Shown here: positions 52,051-64,000 of the stretch, piece after piece | Numbering within the stretch: position 1 is the first letter of the stretch | Layout: each line of letters opens with the position of its first letter | Source of the DNA: Lama glama | Taxonomy: Eukaryota | Reading direction: 5' to 3' | Length of the DNA: 64,000 nucleotides | Assembly (NCBI GenBank): GCA_028534125.1 | Contig: CM052817.1 | Coordinates: 60,514,001 to 60,578,000 of the forward strand | Made by a program: the position numbers and the translations under genes | Notes under the pieces: generated by a model | Told to the model about the DNA's origin: nothing | The model's database searches: none | What the model saw: only the letters and a program-made list of their open reading frames with translations

Positions 52051-52946
52051 TCAATATTCCAGTTTTTAGTCCCTTCTCTAATTATACTTTCTTTTCTCTT
52101 CAGCTTTTCCCAGGCCCAGGCCTCTCCTTAGGATTCTCAAAACAGATTATGGGTCTATATAACTTACCCTTCTTTATAAATTAGCAGTACTTTTAATAGA
52201 GTCCCACTAGGGAAAGGTGATAAACAGCTGTTTAAAATCTTGAACTAGATATCTATAAACCTTTTTTTCAAAAAAGTACTCTTCAGTTAAGTTCATTTAG
52301 AAGATAAAAGGAGGTACTCATAAAGGAAAAATTTACATAATTTAGTTTCAGTGATAAACAAGATTAAAAACGTTCAAAAATTCATCAGATGCTGCAGATT
52401 GCCAAGTATTTAAAAATATCTCTTTTAGGTTGCTTATTGTCAGAATTGTTTTCCATTGAAGCAATTGTCATCTCTAGCCTCATAACTCTACTAGTAATGG
52501 TTTCTGTGTGTGTATTTTCTCACTTGAGCTTTCATCCTGAAACTTCACATGACATGGTGTGAAGACTGATAGCCCTAAGGCTGAGTGCTAGTCCTAGATT
52601 TACCTGGTGGTAGTGCAATTCGGTGATGCAATTATGAGCACTGTATTTCAGCTTTCAGAACCTCAAGTTCTTCCATTATAAAGCAAAAGATTGGACTTAA
52701 TGAAATATATGTTTCCTTCAGGCTCTGGGATTCTGTGGTTTAAATAGAATTTTTTTTCCTTCCAAATACATTTTTGCAAAAATTTTAAATGTAATTATAT
52801 TTTGCTACAAAATAGAATAAATGATTTTATCAGGATCTAATCCCTTCTTTCTTCTTACACTACTTTTATCTTGGTCCAAGCCATTGAATATGGCTTCCTG
52901 CCTCCATAGCATTGGGAGAGAGCTTCTTGAACTGCAAATCAATTTA

Positions 52947-53455
52947 TAGATCTTCCTTTACTTATGATTAAGTAGAGGGGTTATGCCCTGATAAACCCAT
53001 TTTAAATTGAAAATGTTATAAGTTGAAATGCATTTAATACACCTAACCTACAGAACCTCATAACTTAGCCTAGCCTACCTTAAACATGCTCAGAACACTT
53101 ACATTAGCCTATAGTTAGGCAAAATCATCTAACAGAAAGCCCACTTTATAATAAAGTGTTGGATCTCATGTAATTTATTGAATACTGTCCTGAAAGTGAA
53201 AACCAGAGTGGTTGTCTGGGTACAGAATGGTTGTGTGTTGGTGGTCTACCCCCCTGTCCCGTGGCTGACTGGGAGCTGTGACACTGCTCCTGCCCAGCAT
53301 CATGAGAGAGTACAGTACTGCATATCGCTAGCCCAGGAAGAGTGCAAAATTCCAAATTCCGAGTATGGTTTCTACTGAATGTCTATCACTTCCATACCGT
53401 GGTAAAGTCAACAAATTGTAAGTCAAGTTTAAACCTTGTAAGTTGGAATCATGTG
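52947..53455. mobile_element. Tigger5b/MER47-family TcMar-Tigger element, inserted in an L2
   Basis: gataaacccat...gcatttaatacacctaacctac...gctcagaacacttacattagcct...gtggctgactgggagctg...tttctactgaatg; TA dinucleotides at both ends. Confidence 0.9.
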
Positions 53456-53457
53456 TA

Positions 53458-53910
53458 TGTCATTCCTCTACTGAGAAAGCATCAGTGATGCTTCGAATCA
53501 AGCCTGAGCCTTTACCAAGGCCTGTAAGTCCGTGATCTAGACACTGCCTAATCTTCCATCTTCAACTTAGCTAATTTGCGCTTAGCTTGCTGAAACCATA
53601 GTGGTCACTTTTTCTTTCCTCAAATATGCCAAATTCTTTTCTGGCTCTGCTGTTCTTTCTGCCAAGTCTGTTCTCTCTTCCCCATTTCACAGGTCTAACT
53701 CCTTAGGACTCAGATTGAAAGCCATTTTCTCAAAAAATATTTCTTGTCATTCCCTCTCCACTCCATTGTTTTCCTGATTTTCATCATCTTCTCAATTCAT
53801 AGTGATTTATTTGGTGAGGGCAGAGACCAAATGTCTCATGTTGATATCCCCTATTTCTAGTATTATGTCTGGAAATCAGCAAGTGCTTGGTAAATATTTG
53901 ATGAAATAGG
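53458..53910 (+). mobile_element. L2 3' region (5' part at ~52840-52945)
   Basis: gtcattcctctact ... caaggcctg ... tcctcaaatatgccaa ... gagggcagagacc ... aagtgcttggtaaatatttgatgaa. Confidence 0.7.
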
Positions 53911-56900
53911 AATAGACACTAAAATAAATAATTTTTGTATAAAATGTGTTATTGGCATACATTTTATTTTAGAAAAGTGATAACTGGTTAAACAAGGCAA
54001 AGTCAACCATGGTGCAAAGAAATAAAACAAGTTACAAAATTATGTTTCTTACTTAGCTTGTATATTTTTATAGTCAAACTGCATTAAATCAGGCCTGTTT
54101 GTATTCAGATTTTCCAGGCTGACCTTGCTTGAAATTGGAAGCATTTTTAGAATAATTTATGCATCAAGAAAAGAGTCAACCTCTAGTGATGCAAGGCCCC
54201 TGAGGGTAGAGAATCAGGTAAAATATTCATGAGGCTTAAGTGCAAGAGACATCAGATTTTCTCTGGTATTTTAACACTGTATTCCTGTGCAAGGGAGTTG
54301 TAAAACGAAGAATATGAGAGAAGATGAACATTTAGGATAATAAAGAGGACCTATAAAGTGAATTCTTGCCTCTATTTTTGCAGCTATTGCCTTTCCACGT
54401 GTGTGTCCGCGCGCGTGTGTTCCCCTATTGGGTCATATCAGAAGTTTCCTTATAATCATTATGAAAAGTAATATTAAAATCAGGAGAGATTTGGTCACTC
54501 CTACGTGGCTTAACGCCTTTGATTTTCATTCATGTGTGACCATTTGAAATTGAGATGCATTTTCTTCACTTATTTTGCATGAAAAAGAAAAGAAGGGCCA
54601 TAATGTCTTCATAATTGTGTAAGTTTTTATAAGGAATTTGGAGTTCCTCTGGATGAAAGCTAGCCTTTCTTTCCTCAACTTATCATCGACGTTCAATTGT
54701 GTGCTTATACATGACGCTCATTTTTTGAGGTGTTCAAAGAAGACATACAATGAAAAGAGTATTGGAAGATATTTGAGGTGCAGTCATCTTTCAGAGTCTA
54801 TGTTGAAAGCAGTCACTTACAGTTAAATGAATAATAATATCATAAGAAACCTTGCTATCTATATTTCTCTACTGGTATATCTTTATCTTTCTCATGTCAT
54901 TGATTGCTTTATTCTGATTCTTCATCTAAAAGGTAAAGAAGTGTTCGGTAGGTTTTGGAAATACAAATTATTGAACACACCAATCTCTACCTTGTTTCAA
55001 AGCTTCTGCATGGGATGCTGTCCCCTCTTTCAACTTGAGGCTGCCTTGTTCTCAGATATTAGGTCACCACAACATGCAAAATGTTGAAGCTACAGAATGA
55101 GTAAGCCTAGAAGTTATTTCAACCTGAAGTGTCTTCATTTTCTGATATTCTTGAATATTTAATGTATAGAATATGATAAATGGTCCAACAACATCTTAGA
55201 TTGATAACATCTTGTTTACATTGTTTTAAACACTTGAACCCATATTTTTCTTTCAGAGCAGTAGCTGTGACATGATCTAAAATTTAAAATGAGAGCCTAT
55301 CTAGAGGGCTATTTCTAGGTAAAGTACACAGAGCTCCCTGCTGCAGTGGAGAAGCCTTACACATGTTCTAAGTGTATTTCAGATACAGGAGAAAACAGGA
55401 AGATCACAGCCTCCTCACACTCCGTCTATGACTGTTGTCAACAATCAGAGGAATCCTTTCATCCCCAACACTCATGAATGACACATTTCTAAACCTTAGC
55501 TTTTTGACCAAAGATTTCATAAAAATAAGACTTCCTGAGAGTAAACACTGGAACAGATAAATCATAATTCATGGCTGAAATATGGGCAGTAATATTGTGG
55601 TAGACAAAAAATTCTCAGTTATCTTGAATTTAAAATTAGTATGATTTTAATCTTGAAGTGGTGTCATTTGCTTGAGTAGTTACTGCAAAATATTTTTACC
55701 ATTCTATAACAAAAATCAAAGAGAATATTTTACGGGCACCTGAATTCACATCAGCATTGACATTACTATTAAATTTTTTGGAATGTGTTGTGGTTGGATA
55801 TGTACATGTAGAAATGAAAGGAAACCTACTGGAGTGCTTCCAGAAGCTGTTGTTTTTTTTCAGTGCCTCTTCAGTACAGGACTCTAAAGCAGTGTTCCCT
55901 CCTTTCTCGTTCATAATTCCTCTTTTATTTCTCTTCTCTCATCTCTCTCTGTTTTTATTATTTTTGTTTCTCTCCACCCTAATCACAACCCAAAGGTGAT
56001 AGATGAATGTGGGAACAAGGGAACATAAGACAGGAAAATCACAGTTTCATATTTTTCTCATTAAACTCAGTTCTCTCATCAAATCCTGTTCTATAATTTA
56101 ATAGCCATGAATGTTACTTATTTTTAGGGCAAAATATCTCTCCATTTCAGATGTGTGCTAGTGGGTGCTGCAGTGTTGTCTAAAACCTGAAGTAATTGAA
56201 TTCTCCTAAATGAATCACATCTCGACAGAGTTTTAGCACAATATCAGTGTCAGGGAAATTTGAATAGGTAAGACTCTGGTAAATGCTAGAATGTTACAAA
56301 CCTGTCAAACCTCTGTACTGTTCCGTTTAAGAATTCAAAAATGGGCATCACCAAGTTTTGAGAAACAACATGTCTGCGGTGAACTTCCTGAGCTGGTGTC
56401 CTGGGTCTGCCTGCCCTCCTGTTTCCTATCCCAGTCTGTATCAGGGGTTTATCTTCTCAGTTACTGGTAACCCAGCAGCAGTCTTGTCCTGCCACCACCA
56501 CGGGAGTTTCTGAGCATCTGTGGAGTGGAACTGACCTTGAAGGTCTTCACTAGCTTTCCCACAGCTTTCTGCTCTCATTCACACCACCTACATCCATCTC
56601 GGCTTATGGCCTTGGAGTAATCTGACTTTCCCACTGAACTGTGAACCGAGATTTATTTATATTGTCTCAGAGTATGTGCCAAGTTTTTTTTTTTAACTAA
56701 TCATTTTTATAGTACTTAAATGTTTGAAGCATTTAGACACTTTCATTAATTTTTCTTGGTAGCCTGTAATAAGACATCAGGGTTAATTTTGATAGTCCTT
56801 TTCCCTTCATATTTATTTTATAAATACACTGAAACAGTTTTATTACACTTTAAATTTTTTCATGTTATTATTTGTGTGGATGAAATATAGTTCTTGTCAA

Positions 56901-57084
56901 AAAAATTATAGTAACAGATGATATGTCACACTTCATGGTTTGTTAGATTTGCAGAAAAAGCAAAGAGGTTTTACAACCTATATGTGGTGGTTTAAAAAAA
57001 GTCTTCCTTTAATAGCCAGTTTTCATCATAGTGCTTGGCATTTACCTTGAGCACTATTACTAAGGTAGTAACGATATTTGTAAT

Positions 57085-57310
57085 TATAACAAATATTTCT
57101 GTCAATCTCATTGTATGCCAGGTATTCATACAAGTACTGTCAGTATATTTACTAACTTATTACTAATTAATAACCCTGTAGGGTAGATACTATTTATTAT
57201 TCTCATTTTACAAGTGAGGAAACTGAGGTACAACAGATTTTGTGATTTGCCCACAATTAACAAGTTCGTGAAAGGAGCCAGTTTCTGTCCCAGGCAATAC
57301 AGCAGAGCCA
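57085..57310 (-). mobile_element. MIR SINE
   Basis: tatgccagg ... taataaccctgtagggtagatactatttattattctcattttacaagtgaggaaactgagg. Confidence 0.85.
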
Positions 57311-58621
57311 GCCACCACCCACTGCTGCTTCTCTTTTTAGAAATAAAAGCTGATCTCTGATTTGGACAGTCTTAAAAATTTATGATCTGAAGGCATTTTC
57401 TAGTTTCTGTGTTTCTAAAATGTGGGTCAGCCACAATCTTAGGGAGCAAAGCTCTTGGAGATGTAACATGCCATGATGACCTGAGTCTTTTTATAGTTGT
57501 GAAATGTTTAAATCCATAAACCAGAAAACTGCATGCTTAGTTTGAGTAAAATGTCTATGAATGCAGGAAGACTTGCTAAGATAGCATCTTCAAGGATTCA
57601 TGTTTTGGTTTGTATTTATGCATGAAATTTTCCAATCATATATCTATTATATTGCTTCTCTTATTCAAGTAAAACTATTCTCAAAGTTAGTTGATATAAT
57701 ATAGTGTTAAAATATGCTTACAAGAAAATAATTACCCATTTTATACACATCTAATTAAGAATAATATCTAGCCTAATCTATTCTATACCCTAAATGTTAA
57801 ATAAAATAAATAACAACATGTGTTTGAACCAGAGCTAAAAATGCAAGATATATCTATTTGTAAAGATGAGCTACTTAAACTTGGAGTCAAACTTGTAAGT
57901 CGTGATTCCATATTAGAAGTGCAGTAATGTGCAAAATAAAATGAATATTATAGTTAGTGTCAGCACAGTTAATGAAAACATCTGAAGCCAACTGTTTAAA
58001 TCATAACTAATGCCGCTGGACTCATGGCCTTCACCTATGCTTTGGAAAATGGATAAACACCATTTCCTGAAAGAGTCTTCCCTGATTTTCTGCTAAAGAC
58101 GATGCCTCTGACCATGCTGGCTGTTCGTCTGGAGTTTCTGGGAGGTAGTCTTTCGTGGATTGTTCCCACCACGGCACTGGGCCGTCCTGATTCTACTCAG
58201 CCTCTGCTCACGATCTGCATGTTTACCAGTATGATACAGAAGACCAACTACATCTAGAGGGGAAACAAATTCAAGAAAATATGAAAAGTTGCTTGATTTT
58301 ACAAAGCAGTAATTTTTCTCATTTTTTGCATGTATTCATGAAAATATTGTAAAGAATCAACTGTTCATGGAAAAGTTCACAGAACAATGATGGACAGTTG
58401 TCAGACTCAGGCAGGGGCCGGCCTTCTTGGCCGAGTGAATGATTGTTTGTTGATTATTAGCTTGGATGCTCTGCTCTGTTGCTGCTGAAACTCTCTAAAA
58501 GCAAATCCCATTCATACTTTCACTTGAGAGATGCAATTAGTATGGCTGGAGAGGAATAATTGTCACAACTCATGAGAATACTAATGATTCGTTTACACAT
58601 AGGTACATTTTTACAATGCAC

Positions 58622-58703
58622 TTCATTTTCATGTGAAAATTATAGGAAGATGTCACAAATTAAATGTATACGTGCACATACATCATTTTCACATGAAAAT
58701 GAA
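58622..58703. repeat. 19-bp perfect inverted repeat with 44-nt spacer
   Basis: TTCATTTTCATGTGAAAAT (58622-58640) is the reverse complement of ATTTTCACATGAAAATGAA (58685-58703). Confidence 0.9.
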
Positions 58704-60744
58704 ATGTGTCCTATCTCTAAAACAATACCTTTGAAAGGCTAATGCATTGTTATGGTTTGCTATTTACTTCATTTCACTTGTGGCTTTCTATAAAATGAGC
58801 TCCTTAAGCCATTTTTCAACTGAATAATCTTAAAAAGGTATAGAAAACTGCATTTTTTCCATCAGTGCTAATGCTTTGATGAAATGAATGGCTACTCATT
58901 TGAATGTATTCCTTAATTTTTGATATATTTCTTTTTTCCTTTCCATTCTCAAATAAAGAGATGGGTATGGATAATATTATCAAATAAAGAGAGCATGCTG
59001 AAAAAATATATGCTAGAACTTACCTCCAGAATTTAGCAGAGTTTTGCACATACTGGAAAGACGGAATGTTAAAGACTGAAGAGTCATAAAAGACCCTAAT
59101 TGTACTCCTTCATTTTACACAGAAGAAAACTGAGACTTGTATATAGCATGTGTCTTTGCCAAGGGTCACTGAATGTGAAATCACAGATTAGAAAGAGCAC
59201 CCAACTCTCCATGTTCCAGAACAGAGTTATTTCAAATGTACTACTTTCCTTTAAAACATAAAACAAGTAACTTAAAAATTCTAATGCAATGGCAATAAAA
59301 ATGTTTCCTCTATGGCTGAAACACAGATAAGTAGATTAATGCTATATCTTAACTATAATGGAATAAATAAATGTAAGAAAATAATATGAGTAGGAGAGGT
59401 AGTATTAAAATGGCTTCGGCTTCTTTTTTTTTTTTTTTTTAAGGTAAGTGAAGGAGCGATCTTCATAATTTGATGTGTTGACTTGAAGACCAGGTATTAA
59501 TGGCATGTTACACACACATGGTGCTCAGAACATTTTACATCTTGTTCAGAGTAAGATGGTTCTATTTCATTTCTAGAAAAATCTAGAGGATTTTTGGAAA
59601 TAACCTAAAGACTGGCAAATATGGAGTACTGAGACATTAGCAGAAATTTCAGAATTCTAGGAAGTCTGTAATTGTCTTGCAAAAACACCCGACAATCTTT
59701 AAGATAAAGGACAAACTTCTTAGCACTGTCTCTGCGGCCTCCTTAATTGTTCCCATCAATGCTGCCCACCCACTTATCTCCCCATTCACCTCAACATGCT
59801 TCAGCAGTCTTGAAAAAGTGTCAGTTCCTATCGTTACATGTGCTGTTTCTTCCAAGGACGTTTCTCATCAATGTCCTTCCAAGACATTAACATGGAATAT
59901 TAGGGAAGATATGAGAAAGAATATAAAGAACTGGTAACATCAAAGGGTGACACATCACTAAACTGTAGTCTAGGGATGAGAAGCAGATTTGGATTAAATC
60001 TTCATGAATCATTTTGCAGAGTAATCAGCAAAGAGTTTGAATGGTAGAAAGTATAAGGCAGGGAGGGATTAAAATATGGACTGGGAATAAATATTGTTTG
60101 AGTATCTACTAGGTAATTTGTACAAACTAGTTGCATTCATATACTGTATATTTTAATTTTTGTAGTATCTCTATAATGCAGGGGCTAATACACATTTTTT
60201 GAAGACCAAGAATCTAAGCATAAACTCTTATACCTAGTAATAGGCAGAACCAGAAATCAAATCCCAGTCTTTATTGAAATAATTGTAACCATAATAATTT
60301 ATGAATATTTGTCACCTCTTTAAAATGTAGGAAATGCATAGAAGCTCTTCACTCCTCTTTCTCACTGATGCAGACATTTAGTTAGGACAGAATTTTCTAA
60401 GAAATCCAGCTCTCCACCCAGTAGGGACTCCCATAGTGACAGCACACAAGACTCTTCTTCCAAAATCCCAGCAACTGAACCACAGCTTTTCAGGTTCTAG
60501 GATTGAAACTTGTCATGAAACAAAGTGGATCAGCCTTTTGAGACTGATTGAGGCTATTGACGTTCATGAGAGGCAGATACATACAATTCTGAATTATTCA
60601 CTTACAGTTAGAAATACAACTATTGAGCCGACTAGAAATTTGACGTCCATTATTAAGTGCATATTATCCTTGTAGGCAAATCTACAAATTATAGTCAGAA
60701 ATTTGTTTCATGACAATGGAGTCAAGTCAACGATAATAGGGTGA

Positions 60745-61495
60745 GTAATTGTGCTACTCCTGGCATTGTGCTAAGCTCTTTATTTTGATTATTTCATTTA
60801 ATTTTGCAATGATATTATGTGAATATTTTGTAGATGAGGAATGAGAGAATAAGAGAGTTTAATTAACTTCTCCATGTTTACAGAGCTGGTAACTATCAGA
60901 GCCAAAATTTAAACCTAAATCTGTCTAACTTTAGAGTGAGGATCTTAGTCACGAGCTGGTGCTGCCTCCCAAATGTGATGTAAACCAGTTGAGGGCAGGA
61001 AAAGTCTTAAAAACAACTCCTCTGTCTTATGTCCCACACTTTAAATCCATCTTCTATGCCACACCCTAATTCTCACATCAACGCTGTTGTATAGAGTGTC
61101 TCGTCATCATTTTACAGAAAAGAAAAGCTTAAATATGAAATCATTTCCTAAGGCCACATAGCTCATAAGCAGCAAGACTGAAGAAGACTTAATACCTGAC
61201 TCTGAAGCTTGCAGTCATTCTGTTGCTGCATGCTACCATTCCCAGCCAGGCATATTGTCAGAGAGAAATGACAGTCCTCATTATATGCCAGGCATGCTTT
61301 ATCACTTTATATTATCTCATTTAATCTTCATAACAATTTGATGAGTGTGAATCTGTGATTACTCTCATTTAATGGCTAAAGTTAGCTTAGTCAGAGAGAA
61401 GTGAAGTAATCTTCCCAGACTCACACAACTAGTTAGTGGTGGATCTAGGATATGAACCAGGCAGTCTGGCTCCAGAGCCCTACACTCTACTGCCT
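60745..61495 (-). mobile_element. Cluster of three MIR SINEs (~60745-60970, ~61090-61230, ~61275-61495)
   Basis: tttcatttaat...ttttgtagatgagga; cattttacaga...cctaaggccacatagct; atctcatttaatcttcataacaa...gaaccaggcagtctggctccagagccc. Confidence 0.8.
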
Positions 61496-61829
61496 TTTGG
61501 GTGACCTTAACAGCAAATGACAACCAGCTTTATGGCCTGGTGCATTCAGTTTCACTCTAGAAATTTTTTATTCATGAGCAACAGAATGGTTTTCCATACA
61601 GAGGTGAGGAAAATGGAGCAAAAGAAACACATTCCTACAGAGCAAGATCGTTTGTTTGTTACCATTGTTGTGATTTAAAGTAGTTTTAGTCCAGACAGTG
61701 CACAATGTAGAAGTTTGGATTAAAGCTTCACTAGCTACTCGTATTCTAGGCTTGCCTCCCTGAGACTCCATCCCCATCAATTTGCGGAAATTGAGAATAT
61801 ATAGTGGTTAATGAGGCAGACAAGAAGGA

Positions 61830-63330
61830 CAGAAATAATGCAGGGTTGTGAAGAGCTTCATGTGGAAATCATGAAAACATGATAGTGTCTGGGTGAAGTT
61901 CAAAGGAAAGTGGAACAGAAATGGTGCTATGATAAGATGTATTTCAGGAAGTCCACCTGAAGACAAGCCTCATATACTCTTGTTATAAAACTGGCTTAGA
62001 GGTAAGACATCATAATTATTGGGGACTTCCGCCATTTGTCCATAAGAACATTCTGCAAAAACTAGATATTTGGATCGGTTATAAACTTAATATGGGGGCC
62101 TGTCATGAGACCTAACTCCTACCAACAGAGAGGAACTTATTAAAAAAGAAAAACAAAGCAAGAACCCTGAAAAAAATTATCATTTAATTCTGCAGTGTGA
62201 GCAAGCCAGAAAAAGAAGTGATATGCAGAGTTAGAAACTGCAAGATAGTGAAAGTCCACTTTTTACAAAGCTTACAGAAAGAATGACTACGAGTCCACAT
62301 AATAATAAAGTGAAGATGCCACAAAAGGAAAGGGACACTGTCGAAAATGGACTTCAGACCATGCAATCACAGATGGTGCTGATGAAGAAGAAATTGTTGA
62401 GATACCAAAAGAAATCAAGTGTAACTGCGCAGGGAGTTTTCCCGTGAACGTGAGAACATGTAAAATGATGGAAGTAGCGGTACATACGCAAGAATGATTA
62501 CAGAATAATAATACAGACACCTAAGAAAAATTCCAGTGAGTTTAAAGCAAAAATGGAATTGAGAATTCCTAAGGAAGCAGAAAAGAATGTTAAAAATTCT
62601 TTTCAAATCAAGAAGGATAATAAAAAGACGAAGGTCTGTTGCTTGAGACTGAGGGTTACATATTAACAGATGACCGGAGGAAGCCAACTACTCTATTCCA
62701 TTTAACTTTTCCCTTTAGACAGGACAGAGGATAATTTTCACTCTAGAAAGAAAATGATTGCCATATATAAGAGAATGCACCCATCTGCTTTGATTACATC
62801 TTGTATTATTGTGAAGACTTGAAATCGACATTGCTGAATTATTACTGGTTTATTCCTGTTATCAGGTAAACCTTTATATATGCCAAACACCCCATAAAGT
62901 ACTTTACAATTAGCAACTCAGTTACTCCTTAAAGCAACTCTGCAAGGTTGATGATCTTTCCACAATTATAATGAACAGACGATGGACATTAAATAGACGG
63001 GGTTATCTTCACACTCAAGATCTACCTGTCCAGTGAAACCATTTGATTTTAAATGAGGTTATTTGGTATAACTTGTTCTTGTTGAGCTCATATTGTCCTG
63101 GGGATTTCTGATTAGTGTTAATAATCTGCTCATAATCTAATTCTCAGTAATCAAATGAAGAATCCTACGCTATTTAGACATTAAACTGACCAATTATTGA
63201 AAGATGCAGATTGTGTCATGCTGATCAAATCTTTAGCTGATAAGAAGTTGGGAATGACAGAATCTTAAGGCTGCAGGAAGGACTGAATTTAGTTGAAACA
63301 ACAGGAAGGGGAATCTCCTGTTTTTTCTTT
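61830..63330 (+). mobile_element. L3/CR1 LINE ORF2 relic, interrupted by a MIR (~62870-63040)
   Basis: Collinear decayed CR1 ORF2 motifs VWVKFKGKWNRN (61887-61922), DIIIIGDF (62006-62029), ILTDDRR (62660-62680), and atgctgatcaaatctttagctgataagaagttggga (~63219-63253) resembling the LIKFADDTKLG RT motif. Confidence 0.75.
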
Positions 63331-63699
63331 TTTTAAGGGAAAGGGTTATATTAGATGGATTAGCATAGAGAAGCCTGAGTGTGGCTGAGGATGAATATTA
63401 TACTTCACCAATCTCTGTATCAGTTGTCTTATACCATTATAACAATGATTTATAGTTCAAAAGTCAAGACTTCCAAAAAACCATGAACTACTTTGAAATT
63501 TGTGTAGATTCCCTTGTATACACTCCTCTGGTGTAGCTCATCCATATATACATCTTTAATAAAGGCCTTAGAATGACACTAGGCTTCCTGTGCTTAAGAT
63601 CCAGATACCTTCTGGACATCTTGACCTGGTTGCCCCTTGGGTGTATGGAACTGATCTTATTTGTGAATTTCCATACAAACTGATTTCTTCTGTATAGCC

Positions 63700-63835
63700 T
63701 GTATTTATCAATCAGGATAAGCTAGGTTATTCTATTGTAGCCAACACCCAGAAACCTTAATATTTTGATAAAACAAGGGTTTATTTTTAGCACATACTTT
63801 GTGAGGATGATCTGAGGAGAGTGGTCCCTGCCATC
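63700..63835 (-). mobile_element. MLT1J/K-like LTR fragment
   Basis: tcaggataagctaggttattctattgtagccaacaccc ... aaacaagggtttattt. Confidence 0.6.
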
Positions 63836-63869
63836 TGTCATCAACATTCATGTTCCTGGACTTAGGCTG

Positions 63870-64000
63870 TTTGAGTTATTTATTGATGTATAACATATCA
63901 CTCCAAATTTTAGTGGCTTCACACAACAGTCACATTACCTCTCATGGATCTGCGGGTTGAGTAGGCTTAGTGGGTGGGCCTTCTGCTCCCCACGATGTCT
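63870..64000 (-). mobile_element. MLT1G/H-like LTR fragment, running off the window
   Basis: tattgatgtataacatatcactccaaattttagtggcttcacacaacag...tctcatggatctgcgggttga...ttctgctcc. Confidence 0.7.

Noticed and set aside
1..64000. Prokaryotic-type systems (operons, CRISPR, defence islands) or a multi-exon protein-coding gene
   Set aside because: The sequence is mammalian repeat-rich DNA; I found no regular repeat-spacer array, long ORF, CpG-island promoter or recognisable coding exon. Very short exons could have been missed by eye.

Overview
AT-rich mammalian non-coding DNA (intronic or intergenic), most likely camelid (camel, alpaca or llama), judging from two tRNA-derived camelid-type SINEs and a camelid-type L1 3' UTR. 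I can support no protein-coding gene. The ORFs in the track are chance ORFs or decayed L1 ORF2 and other repeat remnants. The window is a layered record of transposable elements: young L1s, SINEs and a solo ERV1-class LTR; eutherian MLT1, MLT2, LTR16, LTR33 and LTR40 LTRs; Tigger5b, MER63, Charlie and MER5 DNA transposons; L2 and MIR; and an L3/CR1 relic. The most notable item is a near-full-length copy of the very ancient LF-SINE (~39466-39828), a family known for exaptation as enhancers and exons. Other points are a 19-bp perfect inverted repeat built from two near-palindromes (58622-58703), a ~50-bp L1 insertion with its TSD, a nested L2>MLT2>L1 insertion with a possible 3' transduction, a candidate ETS-centred enhancer, and a 100-N gap whose flanks overlap by 87 identical bp (probable assembly artefact). 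Repeat family names come from my recall of consensus sequences and need RepeatMasker/Dfam confirmation; boundaries of old repeats are approximate. I found no evidence of a new multi-gene biological system.
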